A DNA stretch of 63,979 bases from Methanomicrobiales archaeon. Its GTDB lineage: Archaea; Halobacteriota; Methanomicrobia; Methanomicrobiales; Methanospirillaceae. Both the position numbers and the translations under genes were made by a program. The notes under the pieces were generated by a model, which saw nothing but the letters and a program-made list of their open reading frames with translations, did not search any database and was not told where the DNA came from. Shown here one piece after another: positions 18,311-27,681 of the stretch (position 1 is its first letter; each line of letters begins with the position of its first letter). The stretch spans positions 1-63,979 of the forward strand of contig JAAEET010000001.1 in assembly GCA_013415565.1 (NCBI GenBank). Reading direction: 5' to 3'.

Positions 18311-19275
18311 GATCTGAGTCCTGCTTCCTCCACCATGAAGGTTGCCTCTCCCTCAGGGAGGTTCGGGCTGTCCACGAGGCGGGCGATCCGTTTGCCGCCC
18401 TTGCTCTTCCGCAGGTAGATGCGGAACGTTGCGGTATGGCCGACGATGTTCCCACCGATGGGCTTGGTGGGGTCCCCGAAGAAAACCGCCGGGTTGGAGA
18501 GGACCTGGTTGGTGACCAGCCCGACGGCATTGTTCTCATCGCACAGCTTGAAGAGTTCGTGGAGGTGGCGGTTCAGCTTCTGCTGCCGTGTGGCGAGCGT
18601 TCCCCGCCCGGCATACTCGGCCCGGAAGTGCGAGGTGAGCGAGTCGATGACGAAGAGCTTGACCGGCTTGTCGGTGGTCCTGAGCTCTGCGGCCCGTTCC
18701 CGTGCCGTCTCCACCATCAGCATCTGGTGGTCGGAGGTATGGGCCCTGGCCACGTGGATGTTCTCGAGGAAGTCCTGCGGGTCGGCATCGATCCCGAGCC
18801 CGATGACCATCTGTTCGATACGCTCGGGCCGGAACGTGTTCTCGGTGTCGATGTAGATGGCACTTCCGTTGAGACCTCCGTCGTCTTCGGGGAGCTGGAC
18901 GTTGACCGCCATCTGGTGTACGATCTGACTCTTTCCTGAACCGAACTCGCCGTACAGTTCGGTGATGGCCTGGGTCTCCATGCCCCCGCCCAGCAGTTCG
19001 TCGAGCTCCGGGACGAGGGTTTTGAGCTTCCGGATCTCTTTCCGCTGCTCGAACACATCCTTCCCGGTCCTGAACCCGCCGATATCGACCAGTTCGCGGG
19101 CGGATTTGATCATCTTCTTTGCAACCGATTCTCCGATCTCTGCGGTCTCGGCCAGCTCGGTGGGAGAGGCGGTGGCAATGCTCTCCACGGTGACGAACCC
19201 GGCCTCGCGGAGCTTCTCTGCGGTCGTGGGGCCGACTCCGGGGAGATCTTCAAGTTCCAGGGGTCCTTTGGTCAT
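18304..19275 (-). CDS. radA: DNA repair and recombination protein RadA
   Basis: HhH N-terminus [19 protein letters not shown], Walker [10 protein letters not shown] and Walker B LFVIDS. The internal ATG at 19275 gives ~323 aa. Confidence 0.95.
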   Translation of the reverse strand: MTKGPLELEDLPGVGPTTAEKLREAGFVTVESIATASPTELAETAEIGESVAKKMIKSARELVDIGGFRTGKDVFEQRKEIRKLKTLVPELDELLGGGMETQAITELYGEFGSGKSQIVHQMAVNVQLPEDDGGLNGSAIYIDTENTFRPERIEQMVIGLGIDADPQDFLENIHVARAHTSDHQMLMVETARERAAELRTTDKPVKLFVIDSLTSHFRAEYAGRGTLATRQQKLNRHLHELFKLCDENNAVGLVTNQVLSNPAVFFGDPTKPIGGNIVGHTATFRIYLRKSKGGKRIARLVDSPNLPEGEATFMVEEAGLRSC

Positions 19276-19315
19276 AGTGTGGTCACCTCTGACAGGGAGA
19301 GCGTGGTGTTCCCTG

Positions 19316-20641
19316 TCATATATCTTGGCGGCCATGCAGCGTGAAAGTATTGTCCGCGGCCAGGCTGCCGGAGAACGTGCGTATCCTGTCCCGGACGGCT
19401 GCGGGATCCGGTTCCTGTTCTTCGACCGAGGATGCGGTGATCCGGTCGCCGGAACGGAGTCCGCGGACCCGGACCTCGTGCCCGTGGGGATGCTCGCCGG
19501 AAAGGAGGAACCGCTCGCTCCCGTTGTCGAGGAAGGTCCCCTCCCGGGTGGCGATGATCGTCCCCGTCATCTCGATCTCCTCCCCGGGAGCCGGGGGAAG
19601 CACCCTGACGAACCCGTTCCCGCCGACGTGCAGCTCGAGTCCGCCGTCCCGGCCGGGCCTGCCCGAACCCTGGTAGATGGCGATCCGGTCACCGGGCACG
19701 AGGGGGATGAGGGCCCGATCTCCCCAGAAGACCACCCTGATATCGGACGAAGGCCCGCTCATCACGAGGTTCCTGACATGGTTCGGCCGGCCGTCCCGGG
19801 TGGTGAATGCCCGGGGCGGCTGTACGGAGGCAACGATCCCCTCCACAGAGAAGATCCCGCCTTCCCGGACATCACCGGGCGTGCCGACCTGAAAGGCGAA
19901 CCCGCGGGATCCGGGGGCAATGGAACTCCGCTCATCGACCACGTACTCCGTTCCCGTGGTCCGCTGCTTCACCAGCACCCCGGAGATCCGTACGGATGCC
20001 CCTTCCCGGACGCCGGCCAGGAGGGCGGGATCCCATGCCACGATCCGGGCCGTCTTCTCGCCGTCGAAGAAACATCCCTCGATCATCCCCCCGGTGGAGC
20101 CGTCCCTGCGGACGACGGTCCTCGGCTCACCGATGACGAGGATCACCCCCTCGACATCATTCCGTTCGGCGGGACGGTACTGGGGCTGGACGGTTGTCCC
20201 GCACGAGATCTCGATGGGTGATTTCCGGAGGGCGAGAACCACGATGTCTCCCGGCCGCCCCCCCTGCTTTCCGATGATCTCCAGCACCTCGTCCGGCTCG
20301 ATCTCGGCAACCGCGGCAGCCTTCTCGTCCCAGAGGACTGCCCGGACCTGTCCGGTCTCGTCACCGAGGATGAGGTGGGCCACCCACCCTTTCTCGCCAT
20401 CCTTCCTGGTGAACTCCCGCGGGGGAGAGACCGAGATGACCCTGCCGAAGAAGGAGGAGAGGGTTGACCCGGTGGAAAGGTCCCGGATCTTGACGTGCTC
20501 ACGGCCGAGGTCATGCACCACGACCATCGCCGCGGTGGTTTCATCGAGGAGATCACCGCACTCCTGCATCTTCTCCTCGATACGCCGTTCAAACTCTTCC
20601 CTGCTGATCAGGTCGTCCACGAGAGCATAGTGGAACTGCAC
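19316..20641 (-). CDS. Replication protein A-like ssDNA-binding protein (multiple OB folds)
   Basis: The N-terminal [24 protein letters not shown]... helical domain is followed by repeated OB-fold-like segments (GRVISV...[18 protein letters not shown]), as in Methanomicrobiales RPA. Confidence 0.7.
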   Translation of the reverse strand: MQFHYALVDDLISREEFERRIEEKMQECGDLLDETTAAMVVVHDLGREHVKIRDLSTGSTLSSFFGRVISVSPPREFTRKDGEKGWVAHLILGDETGQVRAVLWDEKAAAVAEIEPDEVLEIIGKQGGRPGDIVVLALRKSPIEISCGTTVQPQYRPAERNDVEGVILVIGEPRTVVRRDGSTGGMIEGCFFDGEKTARIVAWDPALLAGVREGASVRISGVLVKQRTTGTEYVVDERSSIAPGSRGFAFQVGTPGDVREGGIFSVEGIVASVQPPRAFTTRDGRPNHVRNLVMSGPSSDIRVVFWGDRALIPLVPGDRIAIYQGSGRPGRDGGLELHVGGNGFVRVLPPAPGEEIEMTGTIIATREGTFLDNGSERFLLSGEHPHGHEVRVRGLRSGDRITASSVEEQEPDPAAVRDRIRTFSGSLAADNTFTLHGRQDI

Positions 20642-20657
20642 GCCGGCTGGTCCTCCG

Positions 20658-21962
20658 CTAGTGCCCCGGTTCCTGCCAGGGAGGTGTTTCCATGGTGCGG
20701 GTCAGGTCCGCGATATCCTCGCCCCGCCGCATGAGGGCTGCTTTCCCGCCGTTCAGGATGACTTCCGGGCACCGCGGCCGGCTGTTGTACTGGGACGACA
20801 TGGCAAATCCGTACGCCCCGGCATCGAGAACGGCGATGAGATCCCCGGAAGCAAGTCCGGGGAGCATCCGGTCGTGCGCCAGGATGTCCCCGGTCTCGCA
20901 TATGGGCCCGGCGATGGTGTACAGAACCGTTCCGTCCCTGCCGGCTTTGTTTGCGGCGATCACCTCGTGCCATGAGTCGTACATTGCGGGCCTGACCAGG
21001 AGGTTGAACCCGGCATCCACGTTGACGAAGGTCCGGTGTGCCGGCTTGACTGAGTTGACGCCGGCAAGGAGGATGGTGGAATCGGCCACGAGCGACCTCC
21101 CCGGCTCGATCCAGAGTTCCGGGCTGATGCCTGCCTCGCGGATGCCCTCCCTGAACAGGGGCACGACCGCCCGGGCATAGTCATGGGGGCTGGGCGCGCG
21201 TTCCCCATCCCCGCGGTGGTAGGGAATGCCGAGGCCTCCGCCGAGGTCGACGAACTCGAGCCCGACTCCCAGGTCCGTGATCTCCCCGACGATCCTCATC
21301 ATCACCTCGCAGGCCCGTGCGAAGGGTTCAACGGCAAGGATCTGGGACCCGATGTGACAGTGGATCCCGACCGGATCGATATGCGGGCAGTCGAGGGCTT
21401 CCCGGTACGCGGAGGGAATGAGGTTGTGGGCGATCCCGAACTTGCTCGTTGCCAGGCCGGTGGCGATCTTCGGATGGGTGGGGACATCGATCGCGGGATT
21501 GACCCGGAACGCTATCCGGGCGGTCGTTCCGGCCAGAGCGGCGACGGCATCGAGCTGCCTGAGCTCGTCGAGAGAATCCACCGAGACCGGGACTTTCTTC
21601 TCCACGGCGAGGGCAAGGTCGGACCGGCTCTTTGAGCTCCCGTTGAAGAGCAGGGTTCCCGGCGGCATCCCCGCCGAGAGTGCGAGGTGGAGTTCACCGG
21701 AGGAGAAGACATCGGCCCCGGCCCCGAGACCTGCAAGGGTCCGGAGCACCGCGAGGTTCCCGTTCGCCTTCGCCGCATAGAGGATCCGCACCCGGGAATA
21801 TTCTGCAGTGAGGGCGTCCCGGTAGGCGGCGTAGCATGCGGCAATCCGGTCCTGGTCGGTCACGTAGAGCGGGGTTCCCCAGGTCCGTGCGAGGTCCGTC
21901 GTATCATGTTCCCCGATCCAGAGGTGGTCACCCCTGATGGTCAGGTGCGGCGGAAGGTTCAC
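20658..21962 (-). CDS. lysA: Diaminopimelate decarboxylase
   Basis: YAAKANGNLAVL (PLP Lys), HCHIGSQ, GGGLGIPY, and C-terminal CETGD...YGFAMSSQYNSRPR. Confidence 0.9.
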   Translation of the reverse strand: MNLPPHLTIRGDHLWIGEHDTTDLARTWGTPLYVTDQDRIAACYAAYRDALTAEYSRVRILYAAKANGNLAVLRTLAGLGAGADVFSSGELHLALSAGMPPGTLLFNGSSKSRSDLALAVEKKVPVSVDSLDELRQLDAVAALAGTTARIAFRVNPAIDVPTHPKIATGLATSKFGIAHNLIPSAYREALDCPHIDPVGIHCHIGSQILAVEPFARACEVMMRIVGEITDLGVGLEFVDLGGGLGIPYHRGDGERAPSPHDYARAVVPLFREGIREAGISPELWIEPGRSLVADSTILLAGVNSVKPAHRTFVNVDAGFNLLVRPAMYDSWHEVIAANKAGRDGTVLYTIAGPICETGDILAHDRMLPGLASGDLIAVLDAGAYGFAMSSQYNSRPRCPEVILNGGKAALMRRGEDIADLTRTMETPPWQEPGH

Positions 21963-23107
21963 CGGGAAAGCCTCCCCAGGCGGTCGATAGCTTCCCGGAT
22001 CCGGTCGGTCGAACGGGTGAGGGCGAACCGCACGTACCCGTCGCCACCGGCACCAAACCCGATACCCGGGGTGACCACGATACCGGCCTCCTCGAGGAGC
22101 CGGGCGGCGAACTGCATGCAGTCATCGACCGGCATCCAGACATAGAACGTGGCCTTCGGTGCCTCCACCGCATAGCCGAGCGACCGGAGCCCCGCAACCA
22201 GCGCATCCCGACGCTCCCCGTAGATGCGGCAGGCCTCCCGGACACAGTCCTGCGGACCGGAGAGCGCCGCGATCGCGGCGTGCTGGACGGCATCAAAAAC
22301 ACCGGAATCGACGTTGGTCTTGACCCGCCCGAGCCCGGCAACGATCCCGGCATTCCCGCAGACCATCCCGATCCGCCACCCGGTCATGTTGTAGGTCTTG
22401 GAGAGCGAATGCATCTCCACGGATACCTCCATGGCACCGCGGGTCGAGAGGAACGAGGGCGCCCGATAGCCGTCGTAGGCGATCTCGGAATACGCGTTGT
22501 CGTGGACGATGATCAGCCCGTTATCCGTGGCAAAGTCGACTGCCTCCCCGAAGAAGCCCGGGAGGGTGACCGCCGAGGTGGGGTTGTTCGGGTAGTTGAG
22601 GAACATCAGCCGGGCTTTCCGGGCCACCTCCCGGGGTATGGCCGAGAGATCGGGGAGGAAATTCCGTTCGGACCGGAGGGGCATCTCGTAGACCCTTCCC
22701 TCGGCAAAGAGGGTCGATGTCCGGTAGACCGGGTATCCCGGGCTCGGGACAAGGACATAGTCTCCGGGATTGATGAAGGCCTCGGGGATATGGGCGATGC
22801 CGTCCTTGGAGCCCATCAGGGCCAGGACTTCCTTCTTCGGGTCCAGGTTCACCCCGAAACGGGTTGCATACCAGCGGGCGACCGCGACCCGGTACTGTTC
22901 CATGCCGGCATACGAGGGATAGTGGTGGTTCCGGGGATCCTGTGCCGCCCGGCAGAGGGCGTCCACGATATGGGGAGGTGTCGGGAGATCGGGGTCCCCG
23001 ACACCGAAGTCGATCACGTCAACACCGCGTGCGATCTGGGCGGCCTTGAGTTCATCGATTCGCGCAAAGAGGTAGGGGGGGAGCTCCCCCATCCGTTCCG
23101 CGTACAT
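21959..23107 (-). CDS. dapL: LL-diaminopimelate aminotransferase
   Basis: ELPPYLFARIDELK, NYPNNPT and SLSKTYNMTGWRIG; overlaps lysA. The internal ATG at 23107 is preferred over 23134. Confidence 0.8.
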   Translation of the reverse strand: MYAERMGELPPYLFARIDELKAAQIARGVDVIDFGVGDPDLPTPPHIVDALCRAAQDPRNHHYPSYAGMEQYRVAVARWYATRFGVNLDPKKEVLALMGSKDGIAHIPEAFINPGDYVLVPSPGYPVYRTSTLFAEGRVYEMPLRSERNFLPDLSAIPREVARKARLMFLNYPNNPTSAVTLPGFFGEAVDFATDNGLIIVHDNAYSEIAYDGYRAPSFLSTRGAMEVSVEMHSLSKTYNMTGWRIGMVCGNAGIVAGLGRVKTNVDSGVFDAVQHAAIAALSGPQDCVREACRIYGERRDALVAGLRSLGYAVEAPKATFYVWMPVDDCMQFAARLLEEAGIVVTPGIGFGAGGDGYVRFALTRSTDRIREAIDRLGRLSR

Positions 23108-23217
23108 GCGGGTAATTATTCTTTTCCGGCACACATTAAGGTGACCTGCAGGGTAAACGAAATGAACCGAAGGAGTAAAATCTCCCGCCTCTCAATGGAG
23201 GGTAGGGAGACTCGGCC

Positions 23218-23535
23218 ATGCTGCAGGAACCGGTCATCATCTTCACTACCGCCAGCAGTGCAGAATCGGCTGGCATCGCGAAAACGCTCATCGAAGAACA
23301 TCTCGCCGCCTGCGTGAACGTCACCGGCGTGACCTCGTTCTACCGGTGGGAAGGGGAGTTCTGCCAGGATCAGGAGCACCTGCTCATCATCAAGACCACC
23401 CGGGACCGGGCCGATGCCGCGATGAGCCGGATCCGTGAGATTCACTCGTACGATCTTCCGGAGATGATCCTGCTGCCGGTGGCAGGGGGCTACCCCCCGT
23501 ACCTGCAGTGGGTGCGTGACGAGGTCCGGCAATGA
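23218..23535 (+). CDS. cutA: Divalent-cation tolerance protein CutA
   Basis: 105 aa, LAACVNV...SFYRWEGE...E..LIIKT...HSYDLPE. Confidence 0.85.
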   Translation: MLQEPVIIFTTASSAESAGIAKTLIEEHLAACVNVTGVTSFYRWEGEFCQDQEHLLIIKTTRDRADAAMSRIREIHSYDLPEMILLPVAGGYPPYLQWVRDEVRQ

Positions 23536-24302
23536 GCACATCGCGGTACACCGGGATCCAGGTCCGGGGGGAGGAGGTCGCCGCTATTGACGACACCATC
23601 GTACGCGAAGAGCGCTTCACCCTCTTCCTGAACGGTTCCCGGTTTCTCGACATGGTGGCAAGCAGGGAAAACCTGCGGGAGCTCGGGGCCGGGTTTGTCC
23701 TCTGCCAGGGTCTATCGACGTCGGTCGAATCCGTATCGGTCGAAGGAAACGAGATCCGGGTATCAGCACCGGTGGAGGAATCCTGTGAGCGCGAGATCGA
23801 GACAACCGGAACGGTAGGATTCATCTGCCGTCCTCCCGAACCCGTACGATCCGGCTGCACCATCACCATTCCCGATGTCTTTGCCATCACCCGGGAGATC
23901 GTGACCGATCTCTGGCGCCAGACCGGGGGAGTCCACTGTTCGGTCCTGGCGAGGGACGGGGAGATCCTGTTCCGGGCAAGCGATGTCGGGAGGCACAACA
24001 CCGTCGACAAGGTGATCGGGTATGCCGTGCTGCATGGTATCGATCTCTCTTCCTGTATCGTGGGCTGCACGGGAAGACAGCCCCGGGACATGGTGATCAA
24101 GTACGCCAATGCCGGGGTCCCGATCGTCATCTCCCGGGCGGCATCGACCGATCGGGGGATTGCGACCGCAGACGAGCTCGGGATCACCCTGATCTGTTTC
24201 TCCCGCGATGAACGGTTCACGGTCTATACGCATCCCTGGAGGGTACGGGGTATCGGCCCGGAATCTTCCTCCGGCGATCCCGGATATCGGAAAAGCACTT
24301 GA
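23532..24302 (+). CDS. fdhD: Formate dehydrogenase accessory sulfurtransferase FdhD
   Basis: TGGVHCS...DVGRHN.VDKVIGY...SGR....MV.K......PIVISRAA.T. An ATGA overlap joins it to cutA. Confidence 0.85.
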   Translation: MSTSRYTGIQVRGEEVAAIDDTIVREERFTLFLNGSRFLDMVASRENLRELGAGFVLCQGLSTSVESVSVEGNEIRVSAPVEESCEREIETTGTVGFICRPPEPVRSGCTITIPDVFAITREIVTDLWRQTGGVHCSVLARDGEILFRASDVGRHNTVDKVIGYAVLHGIDLSSCIVGCTGRQPRDMVIKYANAGVPIVISRAASTDRGIATADELGITLICFSRDERFTVYTHPWRVRGIGPESSSGDPGYRKST

Positions 24303-24329
24303 AGGAAGGTGCACAATGGAGGTACTGAC

Positions 24330-24812
24330 ATGAGCGGAGAGAAAGGAGCGGAAGGGAAGCGGGCGGTCCTGGTTCTCGGATGTCCGCAGGTGCCGATTCA
24401 GACCAGCATCGCCCTCTACCTTGCGGCACATCTCAGAAAGAAGGGCGTCGAACCGGTTATTGCCGGAAACCGGGCTGCCCGCCTGAATGCCGAAGTATCC
24501 GACCCCGACCGCCACTATACCGGATCGGTCATGGACATCGATCGGTTCATCGAGGATCTCGCTGACGCGAAGATCCGGTTTGACTACTATTTCATCTTCA
24601 TCCACAACGATGCGGGGATCAGCTACGCGGCAACGGTCCAGTCCATTACCGGCGCCACGGTCGTCGCCCTTATTTATGGCGAACACTTCCAGGATATGGC
24701 CGATGCCATCGAGTTTCCCTGCGAGAAGATCGCGGCAAAGGCGGTGCACAACCCCATGCCGCTGAAGAAGAAGATCGACGAGGTGCTGCCATGGGTTGTA
24801 TCGAATCTCTGA
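24330..24812 (+). CDS. Small methanogen-type conserved protein (I believe DUF1890 family)
   Basis: GGAGGT lies 8 nt before ATG 24330. KRAVLVLGCPQVPIQTSIALYLAAHLRKKGVEPVIAGN... The family name is from memory and needs an HMM check. Confidence 0.5.
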   Translation: MSGEKGAEGKRAVLVLGCPQVPIQTSIALYLAAHLRKKGVEPVIAGNRAARLNAEVSDPDRHYTGSVMDIDRFIEDLADAKIRFDYYFIFIHNDAGISYAATVQSITGATVVALIYGEHFQDMADAIEFPCEKIAAKAVHNPMPLKKKIDEVLPWVVSNL

Positions 24813-25078
24813 AATACGAGATCATCCTGCGGGGTGCCAGTTTCAAGGAGTGCCGCGACTATGTCCGGACCCACTGCAGCGAATACTACGATGTCAAGCC
24901 CGGCTTCCGTATCTTTGAAAAGGCGGTGATCGGCGTTCCCCCGATCTCGGTCGGGCTTGACGGCGATACGGTCACCTTCCCCTACACCAAGCCCTGCTAC
25001 GGGACCTTCCTGATGCGGATCGATGACCATGAGGAAGCGGAACGGATCAGGCGTATTGCTCCCGGAAAGAAGAAATAA
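24791..25078 (+). CDS. Small methanogen-type conserved protein (I believe DUF1894 family)
   Basis: 95 aa, MGCIESLKYEIILRGASFKECRDYV...; overlaps the previous gene by 22 nt. The family name is from memory. Confidence 0.5.
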   Translation: MGCIESLKYEIILRGASFKECRDYVRTHCSEYYDVKPGFRIFEKAVIGVPPISVGLDGDTVTFPYTKPCYGTFLMRIDDHEEAERIRRIAPGKKK

Positions 25079-25121
25079 AAGATATTATCTCTCCTTTTTC
25101 TGAAATACCCCGAATTCCCGG

Positions 25122-25130
25122 AATATATAT
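25122..25130 (+). promoter_or_regulatory. TATA-like element AATATATAT about 40 nt upstream of the oxidoreductase ATG, followed by a GGAGGAGG ribosome-binding site
   Basis: Read directly. It is preceded by a CCTTTTTC tract that may terminate the fdhD operon. Confidence 0.4.
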
Positions 25131-25168
25131 CAGCTCTCCCGGTTACCAGAGGATCAGGAGGAGGTTGT

Positions 25169-26815
25169 ATGGCTGACCTGTCGGTTCTCACCGGGGGCAG
25201 AGCCGGAGATGGTATCAACAGTGCCGGGCTGCTCGTCTCCCATCTCCTGAACCGGATGGGATACTCCACGTACATGTACTTCGACTACCCGTCCCTCATC
25301 AAGGGCGGGCACAACTTCACCATCACCCGGGCGGCTGACATGCCGGTCGGGGCATGCCGGGAAAAGGTCGATATCGTGCTGGCCCTGAACCAGGACACGA
25401 TCGATCTCCATCGTGACCTCATGCACGATCGCACGGTGGTGATCTATGACAGCGGAAAAGCGACCGCAGACGGACAGGGAGTCCCGGTGGAGGAGATCCT
25501 GAAGGAAGAGCAGGCGCCGCCGGTGATGGGCAATTCGTGCATGATCGGGGCTTTCGCCGGTGCCGCCGGGATTCCGTTCACGATCGTGGAGGAGGTCTTC
25601 GGGACCCAGATCCCGCGGGGGCTCGAAAAGAACCTCGCCGTCGCCAGGAGGGGATACGGATCTGCCACCCGGGTACTGCATATCGATCGCGGGCATGAAG
25701 GGCCGTTTTCGCTCCTCTCCGGGAACGAGGCAATCGGCCTCGGCCTCCTGCACGGCGGCCTCGATGCTTATGTCGCCTACCCGATGACCCCGACCTCGAA
25801 CCTCCTCCATTTCCTGGCCGGGGTGGCAGAAGATCACCCCCTGACCGTCGTGCACCCGGAGAACGAGATATCGGTCATCCTGATGGCCCATGGCCTGGCC
25901 TATGCCGGGAAGCGGACGGCGGTCGGAACTTCGGGGGGCGGGTTCTGCCTGATGACCGAGAGCTTCTCCATGGCCGGGACCAACGAGGTACCGCTGGTGG
26001 TGGTCATGGGCCAGCGGACCGGTCCGAGCACCGGCCTTCCCACCTATACCGGGCAGACCGATCTCCACTTCATGCTCCATGCCGGGCAGGGCGAGTTCCC
26101 CCGCCTGGTTGTGGCTCCCGGGGATATCACCCAGGCATGTGCCTGGTCGGCGCGGGCCCTCTCGCTTGCCTGGACCTGCCAGGTTCCGGCAATCATCCTG
26201 GTCGACAAAACCCTCTGCGAAGGAATCGCCCCGCTGCGTGACGGGGCGTTTCCGCCGTTGCCGGATGAAAACCACGATGTGCCTGCCGGCGGCCGGTACC
26301 GGCGGTATACCATAACCGCGAGCGGGATCTCGCCGATGCTCCATCCGCCGGTTCCCGGATCGGCGGTGAAGGCAAACAGCTACATCCACGATGAGGCGGG
26401 AATCACCACCGAGCGGGCAGATGTCACCGTCCGCATGACCGAAAAGCGGCTCAGGAAGGGGGAGAGCCTTCTCCACGAGATCATGCGCCTGGACCCGGTG
26501 GAACGCTCGGGCAGGGAGGGGGCTTCCATCACCCTCCTGTGCTGGGGCTCAACGCTGCCGGTCTGCCGTGAAGTTGCCGGGAACCTGGACTTCCGGGTTG
26601 TCCAGCCGGTTGTGCTCTCCCCGTTTCCCGGCGAACAGCTGAAAAGAGCGCTCTCGGGGGCGGAACAGATCGTAGCGGTCGAGGAGAATGCGCTCGGCCA
26701 GCTCGCGATGCTCTGCGCCCGAAACGGGATCACGGTCGACACATCCGTCCGGAAGATTGACGGCCGGCCGTTCGCCGTCGAAGAATTGGAACGACGGATC
26801 CTGGAGGTGGCATGA
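25169..26815 (+). CDS. 2-oxoacid:ferredoxin oxidoreductase, fused gamma-alpha subunit
   Basis: The N-terminal gamma-type domain (GGRAGDGINSAGLL) is followed by an alpha domain (AYPMTPTS, GGGFCLM). 548 aa. Confidence 0.85.
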   Translation: MADLSVLTGGRAGDGINSAGLLVSHLLNRMGYSTYMYFDYPSLIKGGHNFTITRAADMPVGACREKVDIVLALNQDTIDLHRDLMHDRTVVIYDSGKATADGQGVPVEEILKEEQAPPVMGNSCMIGAFAGAAGIPFTIVEEVFGTQIPRGLEKNLAVARRGYGSATRVLHIDRGHEGPFSLLSGNEAIGLGLLHGGLDAYVAYPMTPTSNLLHFLAGVAEDHPLTVVHPENEISVILMAHGLAYAGKRTAVGTSGGGFCLMTESFSMAGTNEVPLVVVMGQRTGPSTGLPTYTGQTDLHFMLHAGQGEFPRLVVAPGDITQACAWSARALSLAWTCQVPAIILVDKTLCEGIAPLRDGAFPPLPDENHDVPAGGRYRRYTITASGISPMLHPPVPGSAVKANSYIHDEAGITTERADVTVRMTEKRLRKGESLLHEIMRLDPVERSGREGASITLLCWGSTLPVCREVAGNLDFRVVQPVVLSPFPGEQLKRALSGAEQIVAVEENALGQLAMLCARNGITVDTSVRKIDGRPFAVEELERRILEVA

Positions 26816-27666
26816 TGGCGGAGCGGACCCTGATCACCGGGACACAGAACACCTGGTGCCCGGGATGCGGTAACTTCACCATCCAGTTCGCGCTCCGCAA
26901 CGCCATCCAGAAGCTTGCCGACGAGGGTGTTCCCCTGGAAACCATCGTGCTGGTGACCGGGATCGGGTGCCATGCCAAGATGGCCGATTACCTGGACATC
27001 AACAGCTTCTACTCCATTCACGGACGGACCATTCCCGTCGCTACCGGGATCAAGCTCGCCAACCCGGAGCTGACCGTGCTCTGCTGTGCCGGTGACGGTG
27101 ATGCCTATGCCGAAGGACTGGATCACCTGGTCTTTGCCGCAAAGCGCAATTCCGACATCACCGTCATCGTGCACAACAACCGGGTATACGGGCTGACCAC
27201 CGGCCAGTATACTCCTACCTCGCCGCTCGGTTTCAGGGGCCGCTCCACGCCGGGCGGAACCATCGAGCCGCCGTTCAACCCCCTCTCGCTGATGCTGACC
27301 AGCGGAGCAGGCTTCATCGCCCGGGGCACCACCCGGCGGATGAAGGAACTTGAGGACCTGATCTCCCGGGGACTGCGATACCGGGGATTTGCCTTCATCG
27401 ATGTGCTCCAGATCTGTGCCAGCTACTTTAACGTCGGTGAGCTCTATGACCGGCAGGGCTACGCCCTCTCCGGTCATGACCCGGCAGATTTTGAAGCGGC
27501 ATGCCGGAAGGCGGAGGAATGGGACTACAACAGGGACGCCCCGATTGGATTCGGCCTCTTCTACCGGCAGGAAAAACCGGTCTTCGAGGAGCAGTTCGAC
27601 CATCGACGGCTGACGGCGGCGGACCGCGAGGATATGATCCGGGCGATCCTCGCTGCGAAACGGTGA
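26812..27666 (+). CDS. 2-oxoacid:ferredoxin oxidoreductase, beta (TPP-binding) subunit
   Basis: WCPGCGNF, GDGDAYAEG and NNRVYGLT TPP motifs. An ATGA overlap joins it to the alpha subunit. Confidence 0.9.
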   Translation: MMAERTLITGTQNTWCPGCGNFTIQFALRNAIQKLADEGVPLETIVLVTGIGCHAKMADYLDINSFYSIHGRTIPVATGIKLANPELTVLCCAGDGDAYAEGLDHLVFAAKRNSDITVIVHNNRVYGLTTGQYTPTSPLGFRGRSTPGGTIEPPFNPLSLMLTSGAGFIARGTTRRMKELEDLISRGLRYRGFAFIDVLQICASYFNVGELYDRQGYALSGHDPADFEAACRKAEEWDYNRDAPIGFGLFYRQEKPVFEEQFDHRRLTAADREDMIRAILAAKR

Positions 27667-27681
27667 CGGAGGCAACGGGAG

